Of a stretch of 64,000 nucleotides of DNA, positions 1 through 10,499 are shown in pieces (positions within the stretch are counted from its first letter, which is position 1; each line of letters opens with the position of its first letter). The notes under the pieces are model-generated. The model saw nothing but the letters and a program-made list of their open reading frames with translations. It made no database searches and was not told the origin of the DNA. The DNA lies in the NCBI RefSeq assembly GCF_028368995.1, contig NZ_JAQNDL010000001.1:3424001-3488000 (forward strand). Reading direction: 5' to 3'. A program made the position numbers and the translations under genes. This stretch comes from Nannocystis bainbridge (GTDB lineage Bacteria; Myxococcota_A; Polyangia; Nannocystales; Nannocystaceae).

Positions 1-1785
<1,785 letters not shown>

Positions 1786-1854
1786 ACGCCGAGCGGCGCT
1801 GGCCTCGGTGTGCTTCCCCCCTTACACTGGGGTCGGCGCCAGGGACCGTGCACG

Positions 1855-2985
1855 ATGCTCAAGCGGCTCTACATCGACAACTTCAGGACCTTTCAGAACT
1901 TCGAGTGGAGCCCTGGTTCGGTCGCGCTGCTCATCGGCCGCAATGGCACTGGCAAGTCCGCCCTCTTCGAGGTGTTGTACCTCCTGCGCGGCCTCGTGAT
2001 CGACGAGGTCAACCTGTCGCTGGCGATGCCGTCCACCACCCGCACGCGCTGGGATCTGCGCCAGGAGCAGCGCATCGAGCTCGACGTCGCGGGCCCTGAG
2101 GGGCTCTTCAAGTATCGGCTCGTCGTCGAGCACGACAGCAACGACGAGGAGAGCCGCATCGTCAAAGAGACGCTGCACCTCGCGGACAAACCCCTCTTCA
2201 CGTTCAACGAGGGGCAGGTCCAGCTCTACAAGGACGACGGACAGCCTGGCCCCACCTTCGCCGGCAACGTGCGCCGCTCCGGTCTCGGCGCGGTCGTGCC
2301 GGGCAGCTCGAACAAGCTCCTGACCTGGTTCAAGCGGTGGCTCGGCGAGCTCGTCGTCCTGCGCCCGAACCCGGCGCTCATCGAGGGCCGCGCCGAACGG
2401 GAAGATCGCTCGCTCTCGCTGAGTTGTGACAACTTCGCCAGCTGGTATCGCACGATGTGGCAGGAGCGCCCGCAAGAGGTCAACGCCGCGCTCCGCGATT
2501 TGAGCGAGCTCCTCGACGGCTTCACCGGGCTCGCGATCCGCGTCGACGAGCGCAGGATCGGCTGGCTGCGGGCGACCTTCGCCGATCCCGCCGACTCCAA
2601 CCGGCGAAAGAAAGACATTGCGCTCGACTTCGACGAGCTGTCCGACGGACAACGCGCGTTGATCGTGTTGTACGTGGTCCTCCACACCCAGATCGACGGC
2701 GATCGGACCGTCCTTCTCGACGAACCGGACAACTACACCTCGCTGGACGAAGTCCAACCATTCCTGATGGAGGCGCTCTGTCGGGTTCGGGATCGTCCGG
2801 AGGCTCAGCTTTTCATCATCTCGCACAACGCCCAATACATCGACCAACTCGCGCCGGAGGATGGCTTCATCATCTCGCGCGACGGCGGCGGTCCATCGAG
2901 GATCCGCCCGTTCCGATCCGCCGAGGCGCTCGCTCCCTCGGAGATCATCGCCCGCGGTGGCCTCTCGCAGGAGGCCGACGAATGA
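1855..2985 (+). CDS. ABC-type ATPase (AAA_15/AAA_21-like)
   Basis: MLKRLYIDNFRTF start, Walker A GRNGTGKS, signature LSDGQ, Walker B LLDEPD, H-loop ISHN. Confidence 0.9.
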   Translation: MLKRLYIDNFRTFQNFEWSPGSVALLIGRNGTGKSALFEVLYLLRGLVIDEVNLSLAMPSTTRTRWDLRQEQRIELDVAGPEGLFKYRLVVEHDSNDEESRIVKETLHLADKPLFTFNEGQVQLYKDDGQPGPTFAGNVRRSGLGAVVPGSSNKLLTWFKRWLGELVVLRPNPALIEGRAEREDRSLSLSCDNFASWYRTMWQERPQEVNAALRDLSELLDGFTGLAIRVDERRIGWLRATFADPADSNRRKKDIALDFDELSDGQRALIVLYVVLHTQIDGDRTVLLDEPDNYTSLDEVQPFLMEALCRVRDRPEAQLFIISHNAQYIDQLAPEDGFIISRDGGGPSRIRPFRSAEALAPSEIIARGGLSQEADE

Positions 2986-3521
2986 ACCGCAAGCGGACGG
3001 CGGTCATCCTCTGCGAAGACAAGCAGGCGAGCACGCTGCTCTATCAATACCTGAAGCACGAGCGCCGCTTCAAACACGTCATCGTGCTGCCGCTGCCGGC
3101 CGGCGAGGGTTGCGGCTCGCAGTACGTGCGCGAGCGGTTCCCCGGCGAGCTCCGCAAGCAGCGCGACAAGGCGGTCGCCTCCGTCCTCGTCGTCCACACC
3201 GACGCCGACAACCGCACGGTCGCCGAGCGCAAGCAAGAGCTCGCCGCCGCGCTCGCGCGCGAGGAGGTTGCGCCCAGACAGCCAGGTGAGCCGGTCGCCC
3301 TCGTGGTCCCGCGCTGGGAGACCGAAAACTGGCTCCACCACTTCCTCGATCGCCCCGCTGTCACCGAATCCGAGAGGTATCCCAAGTTCAGCGGCGAGGA
3401 GGCCAGAGCCGCGAAACCCACGGTCGCGGCGCTCGTGAGCCTGGTCGACGGCAGCAGCAACGCGCCGAAGAACCTGCCATCCATCGAAGAATCCGCGCTC
3501 GAGCTGCGCCGACTGCCCTGA
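2982..3521 (+). CDS. TOPRIM-like protein (DUF4276/RloB-like), translationally coupled to the ATPase
   Basis: ATGA overlap with the ATPase stop. VILCED, VHTDAD (DxD) and ETENWL motifs. Confidence 0.7.
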   Translation: MNRKRTAVILCEDKQASTLLYQYLKHERRFKHVIVLPLPAGEGCGSQYVRERFPGELRKQRDKAVASVLVVHTDADNRTVAERKQELAAALAREEVAPRQPGEPVALVVPRWETENWLHHFLDRPAVTESERYPKFSGEEARAAKPTVAALVSLVDGSSNAPKNLPSIEESALELRRLP

Positions 3522-3613
3522 GCGCGGAGCCTCGACACCCTGCCCCCTGCTCAGTCCCCCGCAGGATTCGACCATCGTCTTCGGGTCCATCCACACATGT
3601 CCTCGAGGCCATC

Positions 3614-3907
3614 TCACGTCTCGTGCACCCGTCGCCGGCGCTCCCACCATTCGGGCCACGGCAGCAGCACCACCGGCACCAGCGCGATCATCGGGCGGAA
3701 ATCGATGTGCAGCACCCGATCGATCCCGACGTGCATCCCCACCAGCCCCAGCGCCAGCCACGGTCGCAGGCGCGGCAGCGGCACCAGCCGCACCGTCGCC
3801 AGCTCGAGCACCAGCGCCGTCGTCGCCAGCACAGCAGCCACGCGCAGTCCGGTCGCAAACAGCGCCGACTCGCGCGCGAACAGCCCCGCCCAGAACCTGC
3901 CCAGCAC
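3614..3907 (-). pseudogene. Probable C-terminal remnant of an HTTM-like membrane protein
   Basis: Hydrophobic ~97 aa with LEL...RPW...GMHVGI...F pattern. An in-frame TAG lies just upstream (3923-3925), so no N-terminal part. Confidence 0.4.
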
Positions 3908-3985
3908 CGCGCCCAGCCTGGCCTACGCCCGATCGGCGCGGAAGCGCACCCACCTCCTCGCGGTCGCGGTGTTACCCTCCCTGCC

Positions 3986-4477
3986 ATGCCTCGCGCCGCT
4001 CTCGCGCTGGTCCTGCTCCTCCTCGCCTGCAAGCACGGCGGTGCCGGCCTGTCGTCCTCGCGCCCGCCGCCGCCCGAGGTCGCCCCTGCCTTCTTCGCCG
4101 CCGGCTCCAACATCGTGACCTTCGACGACCGGCCCATGGTCGACCAGGCCGCCGCCGAGCTGCAGAAGAACCGCGACCTGCACCTGCTGCTCATCGGCCG
4201 CACCGACTCGCGCGGCAAGGCCGACCAGAACATGGAGCTCGGCCTCCAGCGCGCCCGCGAGATGCGCGAGGCGATCCTCCTCAAGGCCGACGGCAAGCTC
4301 GACCCCGCCCGCGTCCACATCGGCTCGCGCGGCCCGGCCGACCCGACCGGCGACAACAACACCGATGAGGGCCGGGCCGCCAACCGCCGCGTCGAGTTCT
4401 TCTTGTATTACCCCGACGGCACCCCGCTGAAGTCGCGCTTCGCCGACCCGATCATCATCGAGGGCGAGGAGCCCTGA
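3986..4477 (+). CDS. OmpA-family peptidoglycan-binding lipoprotein
   Basis: Lipobox LLAC, GRTDSRG...NMELGLQRA and GRAANRRVEF motifs. Confidence 0.9.
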   Translation: MPRAALALVLLLLACKHGGAGLSSSRPPPPEVAPAFFAAGSNIVTFDDRPMVDQAAAELQKNRDLHLLLIGRTDSRGKADQNMELGLQRAREMREAILLKADGKLDPARVHIGSRGPADPTGDNNTDEGRAANRRVEFFLYYPDGTPLKSRFADPIIIEGEEP

Positions 4478-4484
4478 ATCTCCG

Positions 4485-4548
4485 CCTGTCCCCAGGGGCA
4501 TGCCCCGTAGGGCATGCTCCTTCGGACATGCTCCTTCGAGCATGTCCC
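4485..4548. repeat. 14-bp-phased GACATGTC-type palindrome cluster
   Basis: CCTG/CATG cores at 4485, 4499, 4513, 4527, 4541. Confidence 0.85.
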
Positions 4549-4564
4549 GAGATTCATCCAAACT

Positions 4565-5434
4565 TCAGAAGAAGATCTGCAGCCCGAGGCTCCAGCCGAT
4601 CGTATAGTCGCGCAGGCGCGTGAACGGCACCTGGAGCGAGCCGACCAGCGAGGCGCGGCGGTGGAAATTGTAAGCCACCGCCATCAGGCCGGTGCCGCGG
4701 GCCGTGCCGAGGTCGCGGTACAGCTCGCCCGCGCGGTTGCCCGGGCAGAACTCGCGGCCGCCCTCTGGCAGCGCGCAAAAGGCCGCCAGGCGGGTGTCGA
4801 GCAGCAGGCCCACGCCGAGGTTGACCTTGCCATTGGCGAGCCGCGCCCCGACCTGGCCGCTCGCGCCGAAGTCGACCGCCACGCCTGCGCGGCGGATGTC
4901 GACCGTCGCGATCGCCAGCACCTGCCAGTACCACGTCATGTACGTGCGCGTGAACACCACGTACGGCGCGACCGCCACGATCGGCCCCGGGTCGACGGTG
5001 AACCGCACCGTGCGCGTCGGCAGCGACGCGTTGAGCCCCGCCGTCAGCACCCGGTGGATCAGCTTGCCCGCGTGCGGCGTGAAGCGCAGCTGCACCCGCG
5101 TATCGCCGTAGCCGACGCGCGTCTCGCCCTGCGTGTCGGCGGCGCGGAACATCAGCAGCGGCGCCTGCAGGGCCATCGACAGCCACGGCCGCGGCGCGTA
5201 CTCGCCGACCACCGACAGCGAGTCCATCGTCCCCGGGTTGAGGCCGAAGCCGGTGTAGACGAACTCGTTGATCAGCAGCAGCCGGGTGTTGGCCCGCCCG
5301 CCGGCGCCGTTGAGGCTGTTGATCGTGCGCACCCCTTCGGACGCGCCGTGGCCGGGCACGTGGTGGGCGCGCGCGGCCGCGGGGGTCAGCGCCAGCGCCG
5401 CTGCCAGCATTCGCGCCGCCAGGCGAGCGCTCAC
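4565..5434 (-). CDS. Putative outer-membrane beta-barrel with His-rich N-terminus
   Basis: GTGA overlap with upstream gene. Signal peptide ending ARA, then HHVPGHG. Amphipathic strands and C-terminal Phe (LGLQIFF). Confidence 0.65.
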   Translation of the reverse strand: MSARLAARMLAAALALTPAAARAHHVPGHGASEGVRTINSLNGAGGRANTRLLLINEFVYTGFGLNPGTMDSLSVVGEYAPRPWLSMALQAPLLMFRAADTQGETRVGYGDTRVQLRFTPHAGKLIHRVLTAGLNASLPTRTVRFTVDPGPIVAVAPYVVFTRTYMTWYWQVLAIATVDIRRAGVAVDFGASGQVGARLANGKVNLGVGLLLDTRLAAFCALPEGGREFCPGNRAGELYRDLGTARGTGLMAVAYNFHRRASLVGSLQVPFTRLRDYTIGWSLGLQIFF

Positions 5435-5796
5435 CGCTCCCCCTTGATCGCGTGACACTCGACGCACCCGCGGCGGTCCTTGGCCATCCAGTCGGCCACC
5501 AGCGGCGGGCGGACGACCTGGTTCATCTCGACCATGTGGCGCTCGAGCATGGCGGGATCCATCCCGGACATCCGCTTGGCCATGTGCGACTCGAGCTCGT
5601 GGCACTTGAGGCACGACCCGCGCGTCGACTGGGAGCTCATCGCCCCGTGGTGCTCCTCGCGGCGGATGTTGGGGGCGAAGGTGGTGATGCAGCCGGCGCT
5701 CGCGCCCGCCACGGCGGCCACCACGAGGAGGGCAGCGGCGACTCCGCCGAGCCCGCTCGCGCCGGCTGTCTGCCGCTGTCTGCCGCGGGACGTCAC
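5431..5796 (-). CDS. Small diheme cytochrome c lipoprotein
   Basis: Lipobox-like SAGC, two CxxCH motifs (CLKCH, CVECH), Met/His-rich linker. Start uncertain. Confidence 0.75.
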   Translation of the reverse strand: MTSRGRQRQTAGASGLGGVAAALLVVAAVAGASAGCITTFAPNIRREEHHGAMSSQSTRGSCLKCHELESHMAKRMSGMDPAMLERHMVEMNQVVRPPLVADWMAKDRRGCVECHAIKGER

Positions 5797-5857
5797 TCTC
5801 GCCGTGTAACCGATCCAGCGCCCGCACGGCGCCATCGCGGCGGGCAAACGGGGCTCC

Positions 5858-5912
5858 TGCGACATCGGGTCGCATCGCCCGCGCCCGCCGCCGCGTGCGA
5901 CAGGCCGACGCA
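5858..5912. promoter_or_regulatory. Two TGCGAC-N5-GTCGCA-type inverted repeats in a divergent promoter region
   Basis: Perfect copy at 5858-5874 and a one-mismatch copy at 5896-5912. Confidence 0.55.
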
Positions 5913-5955
5913 TGTACAGGTCCGCCAGATCGCGCCTATGGTGTCGATCCTCGCC

Positions 5956-6336
5956 ATGACCCGCGCCGCCCGCCCGTTCTCCGCCCTGCTGTCCGTCCTG
6001 CTCCTTTCGGCCGCGGCCGGGTGCACCAGCCAGAGCAACATCGGCAACCCGTGCGACAAGGCCGAGCAGTGCGGCGACGGCCTGATCTGCGACTTCCACG
6101 ACGGCAAGGGCACCTGCCAGGAGCCGCACGGCCACGGCACCGATGGCGAGACCGCCGACACCGCCGACACCGACGACCACTCGCACGAGACCGACGATCA
6201 CTCGCACGAGACCGACGACCACTCGACGGACAGCACGAGCTCCGGCACCGGCCCGACCGAGGCCACCACCGAGCACGGCGAGACCGAGCACGACCACACC
6301 GGCACGACCGCCGACACCACGACCTCGACCGGTTGA
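5956..6336 (+). CDS. His/Asp-rich lipoprotein with a 4-Cys module
   Basis: Lipobox AAGC, Cys module, TDDHSHE repeats. Confidence 0.75.
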   Translation: MTRAARPFSALLSVLLLSAAAGCTSQSNIGNPCDKAEQCGDGLICDFHDGKGTCQEPHGHGTDGETADTADTDDHSHETDDHSHETDDHSTDSTSSGTGPTEATTEHGETEHDHTGTTADTTTSTG

Positions 6337-6531
6337 TCTTGCCCTGAAGGACATGTCCTCAAAGACATGTCCTTCAGCTCATGCTGATCCTCGCGCCCGG
6401 CGTTCCGGTGCCGCCAGAGCGGCGCGACCCGACGGTGCGCGACCCGTCCTGCCGCCGCAGTCGCATCTGCCATGCGCCGGGGCTCGCGCGAAGATCGCGG
6501 CGGTCACCGATCCACGGTATGCTGCGGATCC

Positions 6532-7347
6532 GTGCCGTCCGTCCGCGCCCTCGCTCTCGGCCTCCTCGCCGCGCTCTGCCTCGCCGCGCCTGCCCGCGCC
6601 CACGACTACTGGCTCGAGTTCTCGCCGCTGACGCCCGTGCCCGGGCACGCGCTCGCGCTCAGCCTGTGGGTCGGCGAGGACTTCACCGCCGAGGCGCAGA
6701 AGGCCATGGAGCGGCGGCGGCTGGTCTCGCTGCGGCAGGTCACCGCCCTCGGTGAGCTCGACCTGCTGGCCCAGGCGCGCGACGGCGCCACCCCGTTCCT
6801 CGATCTGCGGCTCGGCGGCGAGGGCGGCTACCTGTTCGGCCTCGAGCGCGACGCCTCGCGCATCGAGCTGAAGCCGCTCAAGTTCAACCGCTACCTCCGC
6901 CACGAGGGCTTCGCCGCCGCCTTCACCGCGCGCAAGCGGGCCGGCGAGCGCTGGCGGCCCGGGCGCGAGCGATACACCCGCTACCTCAAGAGCTTCGTGC
7001 GCGTCGGCGACCCGATCGACGGCGTCTCGACCCGCGTCCTCGGCCACCGCCTCGAGCTCGTCCCCGAGCGCGACCTCGCCGGCCTGCGCCCCGGCGATCG
7101 GCTCGGCGTGCAGCTGCGCTTCGACGGCGCCCCGCTGGCCGGCGCCCGGGTCGAGGCGTTCGCCCGCGATCCCGGCGGCCGGATCGCCGACCAGGCCGCC
7201 ACCACCGACGCCGCCGGCCGCGTCAGCTTCGAGGTGACCGCCGCCGGCCCCTGCCTGCTGCGCGCCGTCCACATGCAGCGCTGCGCCGGCTGCGAGGACG
7301 CCGACTGGGAGAGCTTCTGGAGCTCCTACGGCTTCGCCGTCCGCTGA
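6532..7347 (+). CDS. DUF4198 (NikM-like) periplasmic protein
   Basis: Signal peptide ending ARA followed by HDYWLE; RYLKS and LGHRLELVP motifs. Confidence 0.85.
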   Translation: MPSVRALALGLLAALCLAAPARAHDYWLEFSPLTPVPGHALALSLWVGEDFTAEAQKAMERRRLVSLRQVTALGELDLLAQARDGATPFLDLRLGGEGGYLFGLERDASRIELKPLKFNRYLRHEGFAAAFTARKRAGERWRPGRERYTRYLKSFVRVGDPIDGVSTRVLGHRLELVPERDLAGLRPGDRLGVQLRFDGAPLAGARVEAFARDPGGRIADQAATTDAAGRVSFEVTAAGPCLLRAVHMQRCAGCEDADWESFWSSYGFAVR

Positions 7348-7366
7348 GCGGCGCCTCACCTCGCGC

Positions 7367-7448
7367 CATGTCTACACGGACATGTCGTGGGGGACATGCC
7401 GCCGTGAACATGTCGCCGGGGACATGCCCCGAAGGACATGTCCCCATG
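7367..7448. repeat. 14-bp-phased GACATGTC-type palindrome cluster
   Basis: CATG at 7367, 7381, 7395, 7409, 7423, 7437. Confidence 0.9.
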
Positions 7449-7461
7449 GCAAGGCCCGCGC

Positions 7462-9129
7462 TCAGCCCTCGGCGCGCCAGCCGCGGAGCAGCGGCGGGTG
7501 GCCGCACGAGGCTCGCGAGCGGTAGCGCAGCTTGCCGGCGACCCCGGCGATCGCGGCCTTGTGGGCCTCGTAGTCGTCGGCCGCCAGCAGCAGCCCGACC
7601 TGGCGCTCGCCCTGCGAGCGGACCTCGCCGAGCAGCAGCGAGCCGAGGCCGCCGGCCAGGGCCGTGCGCAGCTCGGGCGCGCCGACCTCCGGGCTGTCCT
7701 CCGCGACCGTGTAGAGCTGGACATAGACCTGCGAGCAGGTCTCGTCGCCGGCCCGCGGGCTGCGGCGCGGCAGCAGGTCCTGCTGGGCCGCGTGGATCTG
7801 GCCGTCGTCGTACAGCGCCAGCGGGGCCGTCGCCGCCGGGCCGCTGCGCAGGACCGCGTGGTACGGCGAAGCTGTGCCATCGGCCAACAGCAGGTTGGCG
7901 TTGACCCACAGCGACCCGGCGTCGTCGCGGCCGATCGCCCGCGGCGACGGCGTCATCGCGCTGGCCGGCGCCGGATCGGAGGCCCACGTGCCGGCGGTCT
8001 GGTCCCAGAACCAGCTCGAGGCCAGCTGCACCGGCGCCAGCTCGACGCGCTCCCACGTGTCCCAATCGCCGCCGGCGTGGATCCGCCACAAACTGTCGGC
8101 GGGCCCGCTCTCGTCGACCACGGCGAAGATCGCCGGCTCGGGCGTCTCGACCAGCGACACCACCGAGCCGCGCACCGGCGGTGGGTCGAGCAGGTGCCAC
8201 GACGTGCCGTCGAAGCGGGCCACGTACGGCACCATCTCTTCGCCGATCTCGACCCCGTCCCCCACCAGCACCTGCCCGCCGCTCTCGACCAGCGTCGCCA
8301 CCTGCTTCGGCGCCCGCGACTCGAGCCCCGGCAGCGGCGCGAAGATCCCCGTGGTGTCGCTCGGGCCCCAGCGCATCATCCCCGACAACATCCCCGGCAG
8401 CCCGCCAGCGTCGGCCGGGCTGGCGGCCACCGACGCGAACAGCTCGCCGCTCGGCAGCCCCGCCACCCGCGACGGCCGCGGCGCCTCGCGCAGGCTCGCC
8501 ACCTCGAGCCGCGGCCGGGCCGGGCGCGCGCCGTCGTCGTCGAGCACCACCAGCGACGGTGCCCCGTCGCCGCCCGCGAGCAGCGCGATGGCGTCGCCAT
8601 CGGGCCACGTCGCATAGTCCATGTAGTAAGCCCCCGGGGCGCTCGGGTCGGGCTCGTGCGGCGCCCATGAATTCTCACGCCGGCGATACACCCGGTGCGC
8701 GGGATCGGCCCCGGTGCGAGCGACCGTCAACCACAAGTCGTCGTCGCGCCCGCCGATCGCGCGCACCTGCCAGCTCGCCTCCGGCTCGGCCGCTTGCAGG
8801 CCGTGGAGCCAGGATGTCTCTTGGGCCAGGTTGTTGTCGGACGCGGCGCGGGCCAGCAGCACGCCGCCGGTCAGCACGACCTCGCCGTCGCCGAGGCGGT
8901 GCAGCCCGATCGGGCCGCGGCGGGTGGCCACGGGCTGCAGCTCGACCTTGATCGTGCGCGGGCCGATCGGCTCGTCGTCGAGGGCGGCGTCGGGCTTGGT
9001 GCCGACGGTCGGGCTCTTGGTCGGTGCGGCCGTCTTGACCGGCGCGGGCGCGTGGGTGTCGCACGCGCTCAGGGCGAGCGCGACGAGCAGGGCGGTTCGC
9101 GCTGGGCGCGGGCTGGGGTGGGCTGGCAT
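7462..9129 (-). CDS. Hypothetical lipoprotein, possibly beta-propeller
   Basis: Lipobox LSAC, long ORF with coding-type codon bias. Confidence 0.7.
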   Translation of the reverse strand: MPAHPSPRPARTALLVALALSACDTHAPAPVKTAAPTKSPTVGTKPDAALDDEPIGPRTIKVELQPVATRRGPIGLHRLGDGEVVLTGGVLLARAASDNNLAQETSWLHGLQAAEPEASWQVRAIGGRDDDLWLTVARTGADPAHRVYRRRENSWAPHEPDPSAPGAYYMDYATWPDGDAIALLAGGDGAPSLVVLDDDGARPARPRLEVASLREAPRPSRVAGLPSGELFASVAASPADAGGLPGMLSGMMRWGPSDTTGIFAPLPGLESRAPKQVATLVESGGQVLVGDGVEIGEEMVPYVARFDGTSWHLLDPPPVRGSVVSLVETPEPAIFAVVDESGPADSLWRIHAGGDWDTWERVELAPVQLASSWFWDQTAGTWASDPAPASAMTPSPRAIGRDDAGSLWVNANLLLADGTASPYHAVLRSGPAATAPLALYDDGQIHAAQQDLLPRRSPRAGDETCSQVYVQLYTVAEDSPEVGAPELRTALAGGLGSLLLGEVRSQGERQVGLLLAADDYEAHKAAIAGVAGKLRYRSRASCGHPPLLRGWRAEG

Positions 9130-9204
9130 CTTCGCTCCCGCCCATCGTACCGAAAAATCTCGTCCGCGCGCGGCGCCGTGCGACCCGAAGCGCGCGCGGG
9201 CGCA

Positions 9205-10410
9205 CTAATCGGCGTGGAGCACCACGCGCTCCCAGTCGACGCTGCCGTTGAGGGCGAGCGTCGCCCCGCAGCGGTAGCCGCCGTTGATCGTGCCGCCGCC
9301 GGTGTGGAAGCACAGGCGCCGCTCCGGGTTGACGTTGCCGGTGTCGCAGCTGTTGCGCGTGATCGGGTCGCCCTCGACCGCGAAGCCCCACGAGTACGCG
9401 TCGCTGTAGTACCAGCCGGTCCCGTTGGCCACCGTCGGCGTGTTGCTCTGGCCGGTGTCGGCCGTCACCAGCGCGCGCGGCCCGTGGGCCAGCAGCGTGT
9501 ACGTCCCGCTGCCGCTCGGGCGGCACGCCAGCATCAGGTTGGCCTTGCCGCACTGCTGGAGGATCTGCGGCATGGACGTGCCGTTGTGGCCGAACTGGTC
9601 GACGTAGCAGACCTCCCAGCCGACCACCGACGCCGACTGCACGTTCTGCTGCGGCCCGAACGCGTTGTACTTGTTGATCACCGTCTTCTTGCAGTCGGGC
9701 TCGCAGCCGTCGCCCGGGACCTGGTTGCCGTCCTCGCACTCCTCGGTGCCGAGCCACAGGATGCCGTCGCCGCACACCGCGTTCTTGCAGCTCGCCGTGC
9801 ACGCGTCGGTGTTCTCGGCGTTGCCGTCGTCGCACTCCTCGACGCCCATCATCACGATCCCGTCGCCGCAGCCGGCCAGGGCGCACAGGCTGGTGCACGC
9901 GTCGGCGTCGTCGGCGTTGCCGTCGTCGCACGCCTCGAGGCCGACGTGGACCACCCCGTCACCGCACTCGGCCCCGGTGCACATGTTGGTGCAGTCGTCG
10001 CCGTCGATGCCGTTGCCGTCGTCGCACTCCTCGGTGCCGGCCAGCACGAAGCCGTCGCCGCAGGTCGCGAACTTGCACGAGTTGGTGCAGGCGTCGTTGT
10101 TGAGCACGTTGCCGTCGTCGCACAGCTCGCCCGGGTCGAGCTGGCCGTCGCCGCACTTGGGCCCCCCGGTGGTGTTCTGGCTGCCGCTCGCCTCGCTCGT
10201 GCTCTCGGTCTCGTCCGCGGTCGTCGAGCTGCCGGTCGTCGTCGAGGTCGAGGGCGGCTCGGTGGTCGTCACCTCGGGGCCCGTGGTCGTCGTCGTCGTC
10301 GACGGGGCCGTCGTCTCGGTCCCGACCGCGCCGGTGTCGAGCTCGCTCCCCTTCGCGCACCCACCCGCCGCCGCGCCGGCCAGCAGCGCCCCAAGCCAAA
10401 GCCTTCGCAT
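9205..10410 (-). CDS. Myxococcus Cys-rich repeat (DUF4215) lipoprotein
   Basis: Lipobox GGC, Thr-rich linker, five CGDG...CDDGN-type repeats. Confidence 0.9.
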   Translation of the reverse strand: MRRLWLGALLAGAAAGGCAKGSELDTGAVGTETTAPSTTTTTTGPEVTTTEPPSTSTTTGSSTTADETESTSEASGSQNTTGGPKCGDGQLDPGELCDDGNVLNNDACTNSCKFATCGDGFVLAGTEECDDGNGIDGDDCTNMCTGAECGDGVVHVGLEACDDGNADDADACTSLCALAGCGDGIVMMGVEECDDGNAENTDACTASCKNAVCGDGILWLGTEECEDGNQVPGDGCEPDCKKTVINKYNAFGPQQNVQSASVVGWEVCYVDQFGHNGTSMPQILQQCGKANLMLACRPSGSGTYTLLAHGPRALVTADTGQSNTPTVANGTGWYYSDAYSWGFAVEGDPITRNSCDTGNVNPERRLCFHTGGGTINGGYRCGATLALNGSVDWERVVLHAD

Positions 10411-10499
10411 GCTTCAACTAGACCATTCGAGGCCCGGCTTGACAACGTTCGCGACCGCGCGCGCGCGGTCGCGCCATCGCCTGACCCGAAGGACAGGCG

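Noticed and set aside
7367-7448. 14-bp clusters as mini-CRISPR or simple microsatellite
   Set aside because: Variable parts are only 4-6 nt, too short for spacers, and units are too divergent for slippage repeats.
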